Positions 63,652 to 64,000 of a stretch of DNA of 64,000 nucleotides are shown here, in pieces (within the stretch, counting starts at the first letter, position 1; the number at the start of each line of letters is the position of its first letter). Location: the NCBI GenBank assembly GCA_009914755.4, contig CP068257.2, forward strand, positions 16,992,001-17,056,000. Direction: 5' to 3'. The stretch comes from the human T2T-CHM13v2.0 reference genome, Homo sapiens. The translations under genes were made by a program, and so were the position numbers. The notes beneath the pieces are model-generated. The model did not search any database. It was not told the DNA's origin and saw only the letters and a list, made by a program, of their open reading frames with translations.

Positions 63652-63730
63652 GGATGGGGAGAGATACTAGAGGTATAGAAGGCTGTGAAGGTCATGAAGT
63701 TAGAAATAAATAGATTGACTTGAAACATGC

Positions 63731-63974
63731 TTTTTTTTGCTTTTACTTTTAATTTAATTTAATTTAATTTTTTGAGTCAGGGTCTCACTCTATCACCCAG
63801 GCTGGAGTGCAATGGTGCAATCATGGCTCACTACAGCCTTAAAATCCTGGGCTCAGGTGATCCTCCCACCTCAGCCTCCCAAGTAACTGGGAGTACAGGC
63901 TCACAGCATGCCCAGCTAATTTTTTTGTGCAGTTTTTGTAGAGATGGGGTTTCCCCATATTGCTCAGGCTGGTT
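63731..63974 (-). mobile_element. 5'-truncated Alu (antisense). Its A-tail has mutated into an (AAATT)n microsatellite, and a 9-bp TSD, tgaaacatg, flanks it.
   Basis: ttttttttgcttttacttttaatttaatttaatttaattttttgagtcagggtctcactctatcacccaggctggagtgcaatggtgcaatcatggctcactacagccttaaaatcctgggctcaggtgatcctcccacctcagcctcccaagtaactgggagtacaggctcacagcatgcccagctaatttttttgtgcagtttttgtagagatggggtttccccatattgctcaggctggt. The sequence tgaaacatg is present at 63722-63730 and 63975-63983. Confidence 0.85.
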
Positions 63975-64000
63975 GAAACATGTTTAGAAGGTGATGTAAC

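Overview
This window is human (catarrhine primate) nuclear DNA, not a prokaryotic or viral locus. The call rests on at least a dozen Alu elements with A-tails and target-site duplications, L1 ORF1/ORF2 remnants on both strands, ERVL-MaLR LTRs (THE1/MST-like and MLT1-like), a MADE1 mariner MITE, a MIR fragment and many microsatellites. The region is AT-rich and CpG-poor outside young Alus. I saw no CpG island, no tRNA/rRNA/snRNA gene and no convincing protein-coding exon. Every sizeable ORF in the supplied track lies inside a transposable element, or is short and low-complexity. The most plausible context is a gene-desert or large-intron segment dominated by nested retrotransposon insertions. 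I found no evidence of a novel biological system. The observations that stand out are: (i) a degenerate ERVL-like provirus whose RT-coding segment has been amplified into a 73-bp x ~10.5 tandem array and then abutted by an L1 ORF2 fragment; (ii) a nearly complete THE1/MST-class MaLR element (LTR-internal-LTR) carrying an Alu inside one LTR; (iii) a MER41-like ERV1 LTR and other candidate solo LTRs with promoter-like motifs; (iv) several local duplications and candidate VNTRs/STRs. Coordinates are from manual reading and may be off by 5-20 bp. Repeat family names come from memory of consensus sequences and need RepeatMasker/Dfam confirmation.
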